Shown: positions 50,201 through 63,130 of the stretch, one piece after another
Layout: each line of letters starts with the position of its first letter
Numbering within the stretch: the first letter of the stretch is position 1
Source of the DNA: Lama glama
Taxonomy: Eukaryota
Length of the DNA: 64,000 nucleotides
Assembly: GCA_028534125.1 (NCBI GenBank)
Contig: CM052817.1
Coordinates: 7,318,001-7,382,000, forward strand
Direction: 5' to 3'
Made by a program: the position numbers and the translations under genes
The notes under the pieces: model-generated
Told to the model about the DNA's origin: nothing
The model's database searches: none
What the model saw: the letters and a program-made list of their open reading frames with translations, nothing else

Positions 50201-51900
50201 CAAATCTCATTTTTCCTTCTCTCTGTCATCGTTTTGCTTATAAAATAAAAATAAACATTAAAACTAGGCTAACAAAATGTGCTGGAAGGAAAGGGAAAAA
50301 ATCAGCTGGGCAACAACTCATGGACTTTTTAATGTCAAATCTGGGTTTCGCTATTTATCAGCTATACGATATTGAATGGCTTACTTACCTTCTCTGTACC
50401 TGGTATTTTTTTTTTATATCTTTAGGCATTATCATAAAAAAAAAGTAAAAAGAAGGTAACTATAGCAGTGCATGGCATATAGCAAGGACGTAATGAATTG
50501 CAAGTCTCCTCTTTCCATGAGAGGCTCTCAAACACACCTTCCATTATATTGTGGTTCAAAAGATCAGTGATATTCAGAAATGTTAAAGAAGTAATCAAAA
50601 CTCTTTTTCATTGTTGGTCTGGATATCCAAATGCACTTCCCTTTGGACAGCATTAGATCAGTTTAATGTGCTTATGAAATGTCACAGAAGTGCTACCTTA
50701 CCCAGCCTGGGGTGAAATAATTCATTCGTCTTTTGCTGTGGAAGCCACCCAGTCCTGGGAGAGCAGTGCTAAGAACTACAAATGTTCCGTATCCTTCTTC
50801 CCAGCCTGACTGGTTTTGACAATGCCAGCCGCGTTCAGACAGCATCACTGCTCTGCCAGCCACTCCAGTTCTTCTCTCTTAAGGACGAAGCTGAACTCCT
50901 ATTTCACAGATGATGCTTTAGATGAAAGCAAGACCTATATTGAGAACATCTGACCCTCTCAAGCTAACAGTGAGCCAAGCATATATTAGTTATGAGTTTG
51001 TTTGCATTCTAGCCTAAAGGAAAGATCAGGAACTTTTTCCATACTCTGTTCATGTCAGTAAAAAAAATTGTGAGAAGGATCAGGGCTAAAGTGAATATCT
51101 TAAGATCTGCAAGTAGATAATCTTCTAGAAGATTTATTTTAAGAGAAAGGAGAGAAGGGAATATAAATATATCTGAGGAGAGAACAGTTTCTCTGCATCC
51201 TCTGCCTTTCATCTCCCGTTTTCATGGTGAGTGGAGAGACCTAGAGCTTTGCCCTTTTTGGAAGGCAGCTTCATAGCAATGAGATTAGCAGGACCTAGCA
51301 AGTAGGTCCAAGCAGGGGTCCACGGGAAAGAGGACAAGGGTCAGCTGTTCCAGCCAGGGTCAGTACTAATCAGATGCTAAAGAGAATAAAATGTCTAACT
51401 CCTAAAGAGCGTAATTCCACTGCTCTCCAAGGAAAAGACAAAATAGAGATCTGAGCTAAAGGTTGAGCTCATAATAAAGAGTATGACTTTTTTTTTTCTA
51501 TTTTCCCATGTTTATGTCCTTAGAGAACCAAGAAATTCATGGTAAGAGGCTAATTAGGGATTTAGACTGTTGGCCATTAAAAAAAGAAAGCATGAACCAT
51601 TAGCCCTTTCATTTCTCTGCTAGAAGTCCTGTTTCCCATGTTTATAAAAGGAGGTAACTGTGGATTTTTGAGAACACAGTTTCTCTATTTTGATCCCAAC
51701 TCACCTGAAAGCTCATAAATAGGGGGATATAAAGGCCATCAGCTCTTCTTCATAAACTGCAACAGGTGTGGTGGATCAGACAATTGTTCAACCATGGCAG
51801 ATTAAACACATAAATGATCTCTTCTAAAACCCTAGTAAAATGCCATGGAAAGGCTTTTAAAAGACATAAACCAAAAGGACAAAAACATGGAGAATGGAGA

Positions 51901-52310
51901 TGTATTCTAAGATCATGCTCCTTGAGCAGAGGTGGAGAAGACTGTGAGATGGAGATTCACGTGATGCAAAGTTTATTTGGGAACGTGCTTGGGATTCAAA
52001 CCTATAAGGAAGTCAGTACTGGGCTGGGGAGATATTAAACTGAGATTCTAATTGTAAATAAGGAACTCAGTTGATCCTGTGGGAACTTCTGGGGCTTAGA
52101 GGACCCCATAAATTGTACCTAACAGACGTGTGGTTATAGGTTTTGCAACCACTCATTAACCGGTGATTAGACGCATGCTGCCACCAGAGACATGAACTTG
52201 AGTGAGCAGCTATCTTGGGCTGAGGGAAGCTACTGGAGAAGGACTCAACCGTGAGCTTTCTGCACGTCAGGCAGCTCTCCTGGGAGCTGGAGTAAAAACA
52301 GGTGTCTAGG
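51901..52310 (-). mobile_element. LTR16C-like ERVL solo LTR
   Basis: agactgtgagatggagattcacgtg..aagtttatttgggaacgtgcttgggat...ctcagttgatcctgtgggaacttctggggc...acttgagtgagcagct...gagaaggactcaaccgtgagc. Confidence 0.7.
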
Positions 52311-52329
52311 TCCCCATTATCATGATTCA

Positions 52330-52760
52330 GCAGACAAGAGTTGTGAACAGTATTTTGTAAGAAGAAAAGCTGGAGGATACATACTAGCTGCCTTAGAAGA
52401 GTGGAACCAGCATAGCTGAGCCCTGACTACCCACTGACAGAAGTGCAACAAGCAACATAGCAGGTGCAGGAAGGCAAGGGGCTAGAAGTGAGGGCTCCTT
52501 ATGTCTGCAGTAGATAAGACCATGGTGCAGATCTGACCCCTGTGAAGGGAAGAGGGGAAGAAGTAGAGATGGGCACGAAGAACCTGAGACCACAGTACAG
52601 ATCTGACAAAGTTCCACTGACCCAAAGGGGAGCTCCCCAGAAAAGACTGCCCATCTGAGGACCCCTGCTCTTGGGGAGATGGGGACAGGCCCGTGCTCAC
52701 TCATTGGCTGGAGATGCCCGATGTCACAGTGATCACCATGTCACTGCAATCCCAGGGCAA
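52330..52760 (-). mobile_element. Second LTR16-family fragment
   Basis: gcagatctgacccctgtgaagg...acagatctgacaaagtt...ggggagctcc...gtgctcactcattggctgg. Confidence 0.5.
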
Positions 52761-52809
52761 GTCCATGTTCCTTCCCACAGGCAGATCACATCTCCCCGGT
52801 CACCACTCA

Positions 52810-53720
52810 TCAGAAGCTTGAATACAATGGAGAAATGCTTTCACATTCTGAGTGGAAGGAGTTTCCAGATCAGAATTCTGTTCTTTGTCGAGCTATCAAT
52901 CAAGAATAAAGGTAAAAATAAAGACAATCTCAAGTCCTTGGGATTTTAAAAAATAATAATTTTCTACACACTCTGGGAAAGTAATCTGGGAAGAAATTTC
53001 CCTGAACAAGAGGGTAAACCTAGAAAGGGCAGTCGTGTGATCCAGGAAACAAGACATTCCACGTAAGACTATACTGAAGAATTTTCCATTTGAAGCAGGG
53101 CTAAAGAGAAATCAGTGAAAACTGGGGTAAGAAGATGGACCCCCTCCGCAGCCCCCAAAAGAGACAAAGGGAAAAATGAAAAGTCTTACTCTATGTGTCT
53201 GTCCCTTTTTAAAATAGTTTCACACCTCCGTTAGCTATTTGAGAAGAGAACAATTAAGGATGAATACATGGACACCCAAACCAAAATAATCAAGGTAATT
53301 TGTAAGATGAGCAAATGAACAGCATCATGCAAGGGAGGAAGTGATTCTTCATAGCACACAGCAGTACACAGCAGGGTCACCTTTGAACAACATTCACGCA
53401 ATCATAATTTATATGCACCGAATAGTGACTTAGGTAATTGTTAGATAACCACTTTTCTATATACAGGGATGGCAAAATATAATGAGAACTGATGGAGAAA
53501 GAGGGGTAAAGTTTTATCTTTCATAACAAGAAGTCAATAGATGGTGGGTCAACACGAAAAAGAAACAAGCATGGCCTAGAGATAGTATTTAGAAATACCA
53601 GAAGGAAATACTATCACAATTAGAAGCAATTTGGGGGGTGGGGGTTGGAAGTGGAGTGCTAAAGACCTTTAGTGCGACTTGACTTTGTCAAATTTGGTGT
53701 GTATAGCAACTTTCAGAAGT
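52810..53720 (+). mobile_element. HAL1-like (L1 ORF1-type) fragment
   Basis: aatggagaaatgctttcacattctgag...tttccagatcagaattct...gagctatcaatcaag..taaaggtaaaaataaagaca matches W.NAF.IL...FQ.RIL...KLSIK..G.IKT; followed by gatccaggaaacaag. Confidence 0.6.
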
Positions 53721-55544
53721 GAACTACTCAGCAAAACAACACAAGAAAAGAAGTCATGACTACCAGCCCGGCCACTACGCCACGGGCTTGGGCGGGAAGA
53801 GAGATTAGTTCTGCTCTCAGATGACTTCAGTGTGGCTTTGACAATAATGTCACCCTACTCTTGTACCACTTTGCAGATGGCAGAACTCTTGCTTGCATGT
53901 CGTGAAGTGTGCACATTCCCCACATCCCTCTCCTCTGTGAAGTTTCTTTATTGATTGCTCTCCACTCTGTGCAATGTCCTTCAACCCTTCACTCCCCGGC
54001 AAACTCCTACTCATTTCTCAAGATGATGCTAAAAAATCATCCTTTCTGTAAAACCTTTTCCATAACCCTCCCTCTCACAGGAGAATTAATTATTCCCTCA
54101 TTTAAGTGTCCCTTAGCATATAGCCTGTAGCTTTAACATGGCACCCCCACCCTCTGGCGCCATCAGTTACCTGGTTGGCCCTCCTGATGAACTGTGAGCC
54201 ACTTCTCTTGCAGTAGGGACATGTTTTATTCATGTTGCATCCTTGCTTTCTTTTACTGAATCAAGCACATACAAAGCCAAGCCTCGATTCGTATCTGCTA
54301 AATTCATTACATAGAGCATCGCTGCGTATCAGAGAAGGTAGGGCAGCTATCATTAGCTTCCTTTGGCAGGTGAGGAAATTGAGTCTCAGGTTGACTGAAC
54401 ACCTTGCCCAAGGTCACAGAGTTAGCAGCTGCGAGGTACCTTTGGTCTTTGACAAAGTTCATCCCTCATGCCCATGTAGTACAGAGGAGGGTTATTTATT
54501 ACAAAGATAATCATGATCTTCCTTCCAAGTCCCTTGGTACACCCATTAGGCAGAGAATCCGGGTTCAGTTAAGCAAAGGGACTGGCCCAGCGTGGCCTCT
54601 GGTCTATTCCTGGTGGTTAGCACCCCGTTGTAGGGTTGGCCTCGAGGCGCCTTGGGGCTCTTCAAAGTTAGTGACTCTTGCTTCCTCCTACAAGTCCCAC
54701 TGGGCTTCCAGCCTAGAACAAGCTCTACCTACTTTTAGAGGCCCCAGGCTCAAGACTGACAAGTGAATGGTAACGTGAATCTCTGGCAATGAGTTTTCTT
54801 GGGAAGGGAAAAGCCACAAGGGCACAGAGTAAAGAAACGCTAAGGGAAAAAAAAATCACCGGTGTTAATAAGGAACACACTATACATCATTACATGGCAA
54901 TAATAGCTCCACTCACAGACTATCTGGGTTTTTGCAAGCTCTCTCTTTAAGTGCATAAAGCTCCTTTATAAAACACAGAGCTTTAAACAGAGCACATACT
55001 TTGAAAAATAAAGTTTCCTCAGAGCAGGTGTGATTGCAGCTGCTCAAGGGCTAACATTCAATAAATGTTAATGGGATGATTAGAGGCTCAATAAGAGGAG
55101 CAATGCAAAGATTTTTCCAAATACCTATTTAAATCTTCAACTAGGTAGAATGTCCATGCCAGATACTTCATGCCAATTCATCCCAAATGGCTTTGATGTG
55201 ATTTGTATCAATAGGGCTGTGTCTCCTGAACAACAGAAACTTGAGCAATGTGTTCTTGGAAAAATATTGTCCGAAGAGAACTTGCTTTTAAGGCATTTCT
55301 TCATTGTCTGTCATTCTGACTAGAATGCAAAATTCTCGAAATACCACTGACACAGTCTTCCCCGTTTCCATTAGCAGTAAAAGTGCTTCATACTATTTCT
55401 CTATACGTTAACCACCCATGGAGTTCCCGGGACAGCTTAATTGGAGAAGAGAGGACTGATGCCATGAACAGTGCACAAAAGTGCCTTGTTAGGTTACTTG
55501 CAGAATAAATCTAATTTAAGAGATCTGTCCCTAGACTATTCTGT

Positions 55545-55548
<4 letters not shown>

Positions 55549-55575
<27 letters not shown>

Positions 55576-55584
55576 TGAGTGAGT
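55549..55584. repeat. (GT)12 followed by (GAGT)3
   Basis: Directly visible. Confidence 0.95.
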
Positions 55585-55799
55585 GCACGTGCATTATAGT
55601 GGCACTTGGTCTATAAATTATTTAAAATACATATTGTATAACAATTAGAACTTTCATGAAGTGTGTATATATTCGGGGCCAAGGGGGGTGCTAAGACCAG
55701 AGATAGCAATGTGGGAGTCTTCAGCATGTACAGAAGCATTAGCATATGATGGAGGTAACACACAAGTATATTCGTGCTGTTAAATGGCTAAACTTCACA

Positions 55800-58730
55800 G
55801 ATTTAACAGTGAAACATTGAAGTCCACTTTCCAAATATTCTCTTATTCCTTCCAATATTCAGTTCCCTTCCTTGATGTAAGAGAATCATGCGTATTTGTC
55901 ACTTATCCTTCCAGTCCCATTTCTAAGTATTAATACATAATATAAAGCAATGTATCGATTTAACTTTTTATAGTGTAACATGTTTTCCTTTTCTTTTCAG
56001 TATATATTTTATGTATTGCAAGTAATTTTTGTATTTATATTTACCCAACTTTTCTACCAAACATAGATAACCATAGCATTTCTCATATTATTCAACATTT
56101 TGCAAAAAAAAGTATATTTTAAGCACTTTGGCATGTGGTATACCTAAATTTGGACATTTGTATTGTTATAAAATCTTTGCTATTATAAAAATGTTGAGAT
56201 GTTGGCATCAATATGTATCGATATTTCAGATTAGCTTTTAGGCATTGATTTGAAAAAAAATTAAGGCTTTGTTTACATAGAAACAAATTGCTCTTCAGAC
56301 AGAATGCAACAATTTATATTTTTATTGATAATTATGTGAGTGGCCATCTTCTTTATCTTTATTACCATAGAGAATCATGATTTTTAATCTTTGATCAGTT
56401 GATTAATAAATAATATTTCTTTTGATAAAACACTTTCTTTTCATTTCCTTTATTAGTGCCAAGGCTGAACATTTTGGGTTAATTAGGCATTTGAATTTTT
56501 TTAATTTTCCAGATTAAAATTGCTAATGTAATTTACCTGTTTTTCTTTACGTACTTTGCAACCCCTCTGACTAACTCCTTGCTGCCACACATCCACTCCT
56601 GCCCAGGGAGCAGCTGCTCAGCTTCTTGTCACCATAGACTGGTTTTCCTTTCCTTTGAATTATATAAATTGAATTCTACAGTATATCTTCTTTCTCAGTA
56701 TGGCTTCCATTACTCAGAATTATTTTGAGATTCCTTCATGTTTTAGGGTATATCAACATTTATCCCTATTTATTACTGAATAGTTTTCAAATTATATGGA
56801 TACTAAGGGACACTGTTCACCCATTCACTTTTTTTTTTGCCTTCTCCATGTGTATTATATTGCTATGCTTAAATAAAACTGTATCATCATTCTCATATAC
56901 AAATCACAGACTCAAAATGAAGATATACATCTTTACCAAAGTAAGTACAAAATAATTAAAAGTCTGTTTCTGGAATTGGGAGTTTCCCTCATAAAAAGAT
57001 AATCTCTGTCTCATAAACTTGAGTACTTTTAGAATTAGAAATATTCCATCTCAGCTTCACTTCTTAATAGACATTTTGGGTTGTTTCCAGTTTGGGGCTA
57101 CTATAAATAAAACTGCTATTCACGTACAAGTCTCACTCGGCATGATCAATCTTTTTTTTTTTTTTTCATTTTCATTTAACCATCCTGGTAGGTGTGTAGT
57201 GAGACCTCACTGTAAGTTTAATTTGCATTTCCTAACGACTGGTGACATTGGGCCTTCTTCATTTATGTATTTATACGAATGTAAGTCCTTTAACAGAGAG
57301 ATGCTTTGCAAACATTTTTCTCCCAGTCTGTGACTTGCCCCCTCATTCTCTGAAGTGGCTTTTGAAGAGCAGAATTTCATGATGTTTACTAAGTCTAATT
57401 TATCAATTTGTTCTTTTATGGGTCATATTTTTGATGTTATAACTAAAAATTATTTGCCTAATTCAAGGTCACAGTAGTTTTCCCCTAGAAGATTTAAAGC
57501 TCAAGGTTTTGCATTTAGATATATGATGTATTTAATTTTTGCATATGATATAAAGTACGTATTGAAATTTCACTTTGCTGCACATGAACATACAACTAGT
57601 CTAGTACTATTTGCAGAAAAGCTACCCTTTCTCCACTGAATTACTTTCTCATCTTTATCAAAAATCAGTACCCATATATGAAAATGCTATTTCTAGATTC
57701 TCTAATCTGCTCCACCGAAAACATGATGATTTTCTAGATTGGTGTAACATTAAAATAATATGTGAAATAGTGTAGTCTTACACTTCCAACTGTGATCTTC
57801 TTTTTCAAGATCGTTTTGATCATTCTAGGACTTTCACATTTCCATACGTATTTTAGCGTCGCCTTGTCAGTTTGCTGAAAAAAACAGTTCTGCCAGGATT
57901 TTTATTATGGTTGCATTGAATCAATAGATTAATTTGGGAAGAACAACATTGAGTCTACTGACCAATGAGCAGGGCATATTTTTCCAGTTATGTAAATCTT
58001 CTTTAATTTATCTTAATAATAGTCTGCTGTCAGAATGTGTTCTATAAATATTAATTAGATCAAGCTGGCTGATTATTCTCTTTAAATCTTTGACACAATT
58101 AGAGATTTCCTGTCTACTTGTAATGTCAGTTACTGAGAGAGAAGTTTTGAAATCTCTGATTTTAACGATGGATTTAACTATGTCTCCTTTAATTTTATTA
58201 CTGTTACTTTTGTGTGTATTAGGGTCCTATTATTAGGTAGGTAAACATTTAGGATTGTTACGTTCTCCTACGGAACTTACCCCATTATCATTATGAAATG
58301 ACTTTTGTTACCCTGCATTATTCTTTGCTCTGAACTCCTCCTCCAGAGCAAAGAATATAACTTTTCATCCTTTTACTTTTAACTTGTTTGGTCCTTTATA
58401 CTAAAAGTTGTTTTCTTGGGCAGCATGTAGTTGAGCTGTCCTTTATATCCAAACGGAGATAATTGATTTAATTGAAATAATTGTGTAATTTAGACTATTT
58501 ACATATAGTGTAATTATTGATTTGGTTAGGTTTCAATGTATTCTTTTGTAATTTGCTTTCTGTTTATCCCATCCTTTCTCTGTTCACTTTCTCCTGTTTT
58601 TCTACTTTATTTTTTATGAAATCAATAACTGGTGTAATTCAGTTTTACCTATGTTGATTCACTAACTATAACCCTCTTTTAAATTTTATGATTTTATTTA
58701 GGTTTGCTTCTTTTACATATTACCTTCTAC
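55800..58730 (-). mobile_element. Cluster of old L1M fragments (3' ends and ORF2)
   Basis: gacattttgggttgtttccagtttggggcta, gttttaatttgcatttccctaa-like, ttttgaagagcagaa, ttgcattgaatcaatagattaatttggg, ttactgagagagaagttttgaaatctc, tattattaggt..gtaaacatttaggattgtta. Probably more than one element. Confidence 0.8.
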
Positions 58731-58749
58731 GCATAATTTTGTGGACAAG

Positions 58750-58960
58750 GAACCTGAGTGGGGTTCAGATAAATATATGAAACTAATTGTTACATTACCA
58801 AGTATAGACTAGCCAAGTTGCTTTCAGTAAGTACATTTCTGAGCCTCAGTTTCCTCATTGAAACGTGATAATAACATGTGACTTACAAATTTGTTTTAAG
58901 AACAATACTGCTACATATATGAAACTTCCAAGCAACATATTTTATGCATAATATATTACA
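58750..58960 (+). mobile_element. MIR SINE fragment
   Basis: tttctgagcctcagtttcctcattg...gataataac. Confidence 0.65.
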
Positions 58961-59348
58961 AAAACCTAGTTTAAAAGTGATTTTCCTATTGTCATTGACA
59001 ATAATCATTCAATTTCCATTATATTTGAATTAACCATTCAATATATATTTTTATATATTATATAGTATATATTTCAGTTAGCAAAAATAAATAAATAGAT
59101 AAATAGATAGATAGATAAACAGAAGACAGAAAATAAAGTTAAAAGATACATAATACAAACATCTTTCTATAAATTCCAGAAAGCAGATATCATAGTATGG
59201 TTCACTGTATAGAAGACAGCTGCTCACCTTCCTTAAGAGCTTGAGTTAATAAAACAAAAATCAACATACATTGAGTGCTTTCTATAACCAGGCAGTATTT
59301 TAAGATTTTTACTTGTCTTATGCTATTTCATATTTACAATCCATTTAT

Positions 59349-59630
59349 TTTTTTAACATTTTTTATTGGTTTATAGTCATTTTACAATGTTGTGTCAAAT
59401 TCCAGTGTAGAGCACAATTTTTCAGTTATATATGAACATATATATATTCATTGTCACATTTTTTTCTCTGTGCACTACCATAAGATCTTGTGTATATTTC
59501 CCTGTGCTTTACAGTATAATCTTATCTATTCTACAATTTTAAAATCCCGTGGGGTTTTTTTTAACATTTTTTATTGATTTATAATCATTTTACATGTTGT
59601 GTCAAATTCCAGTGTAGAGCACAATTTTTC
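59349..59630 (-). mobile_element. Young camelid L1 insertion made of two tandem 3' ends, inside a MIR
   Basis: Copy B at 59349-59548 and copy A at 59555-59630 both carry tttaacattttttattg.tttata.tcattttaca..gttgtgtcaaattccagtgtagagcacaatttttc; one 14-bp TSD, tacaatccatttat, at 59335 and 59631. Confidence 0.92.
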
Positions 59631-61605
59631 TACAATCCATTTATGAAGTTAAATACTGTCATTACTAATTTGCAGATGAGATTACTGAGGATGGGTGCAC
59701 TGAATAGGTGAGTTATGACTTGAGTACAGACTTGGGGGACCGCAACGAGCACGTGCCCACTCAGTGTTATATTCAAATTTCAACAATAGTAACAGCAACA
59801 ACAACAACAAAAAGAATGCTGACCCTTACAAACACGCTGAGTGCACACTGGACATCTTATGTTTTCCATAAATATTTCACATCTACATGTACATAACCTC
59901 AGAATCATCAGAGTTATGGGCAATGTTTCTCTGGCATTATGCTTTGAAATCAACTTTTAGATTGAGCAGTTATTAAAAATAATGTATGCATTCTTGCAAT
60001 AGGGAAGACTGAACTCCACGACATATGCTCATATCATGAACTGATGAGACTCCTTGGTGTATTTCTGTTAATTCTTTTTCTAATATCCTCCTTTCCTCTT
60101 CAAGTAAGAATCATAGGAGCAAAAACAGAGAAGAGGTTGACACTTTTAAGACAAAACATGGAAAGCATCACAGAACTTACAGTTGAGATGAGCCTTAAAA
60201 TCAGACTAATATTTTCCCAATCGAGTTCAGAAAATACGTTATTGCTATGCTCTAAGAGCTGGGGCAAAGTAGGATAGAGTGATCGCTATTTGCACAAAAA
60301 ATTAAATGAGGAGAGACACTAATTATAGGAGGCAAAAGAGCCTACGATAGACTATGACAGATTCTTGAACAGCTTTTGTAAAATTTGAATCTGGAGAATA
60401 TAAACTACATTAAGATAAAGTATTAAATTGGGGGTATTTTTTTGCTATATGTGTGTCGTAATGAGTTGTGATAAAATCTAACTCTCTTGTTTTGACACTA
60501 GACCAATGAGTTTATCTAGGAAGTCACGCTATTATTATCACCTTCAGCCAGAATTCATGGAGGATCTTTTCTATCAAGTAGGTTTTGGTTTTTGCATCTG
60601 TTCATTTCAGGGCATTTAAAGATGTGAGTCCCTTGGGAGCACAGACCATGCTTTTCAATACAGTACATGTTTCATGAAAAAAATGAATACATCTGAGCTT
60701 GCACTTAGCTCAATGCATTATATGATTTGCTTTCAACTCACTAATCTAATTCTAAGAACAAAAATCAGAAGAAGTTCTACGGGAAAGGTGCTATGCTAGG
60801 TACTAGTGTCCGCCAAAAATATATGAGGGACCTAGGTGTAAGAAAGAAAGTACAAGTAACTGTTACAAGTAAAGCAGAAAATAATTCAAGAAAAATAAGT
60901 GAGATTCCGTACGGATGTTGACTAAATTTCCTCTCCCACCCGATTTGCATTATTTTAGCATTTACTGTAACTTCTTTGTGTTTAGAGATAAAAATAATAC
61001 ATAATTGAGTTCCATAATCATATTCTACACAATCTAGTTGCCTATTGAAAGTTTAATATCAATGAGTTGAATCTCCTTGGAAATTCAGCAGTTAGTGATT
61101 CATGCCATGAATGCTCTATAAATAAAAATGTATTTTGTTATAGATCATGAGAGAAAACTTAGCAAAAAAGAATATGAAATTCCAAATTTTTCTGTTGATA
61201 TTTCCAGGAATGGCATGTAATGTTCTCTTGTTAATCTCAGTAAATATACAATTATCACAGCAACCTAGAGCAGAAGATGAAAACAAAGATGTAATTCTCC
61301 TTTACCAAGTAAAATTGTCCTAACCATAACTGAGTGAAAGTCAGCACCTATATAACAGTTTCTTTACCTATAAACTTCAATTAATCCCTTTTTCACCTAG
61401 CAGGCTTATCACTTCCCAGGCCAGGTGGCATAGTGACTTGATTTAAATTATTGGTCTGCTGGCCAGATAAGAAAGTAGGGGGAAATCCTGAGGAAGGTGC
61501 GTGCTGTTCTACACAGCAGAGCTCTCTGCCTTGGCTGTAAGCAAGCGGAGTGCTCTCGCCCTTAAGGGGAAAAGTGGGCTGTTTCTGTGGCTCAGAAGGT
61601 TCAGG

Positions 61606-61995
61606 AGAGAAAGACACCATATGATACCACTTATATGTGGAATCTAGGAAAAGGACACAAATGAACTTATTTACAAAACAGAGACAGACTCACAGACGTA
61701 GAAAACAAATTTCTCTTCTGGTAACCACTAGGGAGCAAGAGGGTGGGAAGAAATAAATTGGGAGCTTGGGATTTGTAGATCTAACTACTATATATAAAAC
61801 ATACAAACAACAAGGTCCTCCTGTAAAGCACAGGGAACTGTATTCAATACCTCGTAGTGGCCTAGAATGAAAAAGAATATGAAAATGGATATACATATAT
61901 ATATAAGTGAACAAGTGTGCTATACACCAGAGTATAACACAACACTGTAAATCAACTATACTTCAATAAAAATAAGTACACAAAGTTTAAAAAAA
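61606..61995 (+). mobile_element. L1 3' end, cetartiodactyl/camelid type
   Basis: ccatatgataccacttatatgtggaatct...atgaacttatttacaaaacagagacagactcacagac...gcacagggaactgtattcaata...aacacaacactgtaaatcaactatacttcaataaaaa. Confidence 0.9.
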
Positions 61996-62149
61996 AGTTC
62001 TTGAGTCACTGACTCGGAGTTGCTCACTCTGGGTCCCACTCTGTCCCTGATCTTGGTACAGTAGACTCTGTGGGATTGAAAATTTAATCTTCTCTGGAGA
62101 ACCGTCACGTTAATAGTTAAATCCTAGGCCTGACACTATTGTCCGTTCA

Positions 62150-63130
62150 TGTTTCCTCTTTTGGAAAGTTTATGTTTGGTTATTTTGCTGGTGTGTTTAT
62201 TTCAAATCATCTGACTAGCTGATTTGCTGATTTTGCCTTGATTTATATGTCAAGAATATTTATATGTTACATATTTTACACATAATTACATATTTTATTA
62301 TATAATAGAATTTTAATACATATAGCCTATAATATACAAGTAAATGTTCTTAATATATATAATGTTATATAATATATTAAAATAATCACTTTTTTATTAT
62401 TTTTAAATATTTTTAACATTAGCAATTATCAACAAAATTAAATCTAAGTTTCATTTTCCAATTCCAGTTTGCTCTTTGACTTTTAGCTTTATTTATAATG
62501 TTTTTGAAAGTAAGAAATTGTGCTTATTAATGTTTAGAGAGTAAATTTATTAGCCTTTTCTTTTACAGTCTCTTCCCTTGATGTTGGTAATTTTAGGAAA
62601 TCATGTTATTAAGTAAAAGTTTTTTTTTTTTATTTTAATAATAGTGCTACTCATTGTAATAAATGTGGAAAATACACAGTGAAAAGGAAAGAAAGTCTTT
62701 CTTATTCCCAAAACATTAAAATCAATACTGGATTTTTTTTAGCATATTTATGTCCCATATTTGTGCTATGTATGTTTTCCTACGTGTTTGAAATAATACC
62801 AAGGGTCCAATTTCCTCTCATCCTTTTTTCTCGTAACTTTTTCTCATGGCTTTAATACTTGTTGTGCACTATCCAATTCAGGACGCTCACCATGACTGTT
62901 GGGAAGTTAGCTTGCTTTTATTATTCCCTATTATAAATAACGCTGCAATAAACTTCTTTGTGTATAGTCTTCCATTCCCCCAAACAATGGGCTATTTCCA
63001 TAGGAAACATTCAGACAAAATGGAATTCTAAGTTAAAAGGCAAGAAGTACTTAGGAAACTTACCGCGTATTGCCACATTTCTTCAGCAGTTATTTTCTCC
63101 CTCCACAACTGTAAGTCCTCACCCAGCCCC
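62150..63130 (-). mobile_element. Very old L1ME-like fragments
   Basis: ttgactttt...aaatttattagccttttctttta and ctattataaataacgctgcaataaacttctttgtg. Confidence 0.5.
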
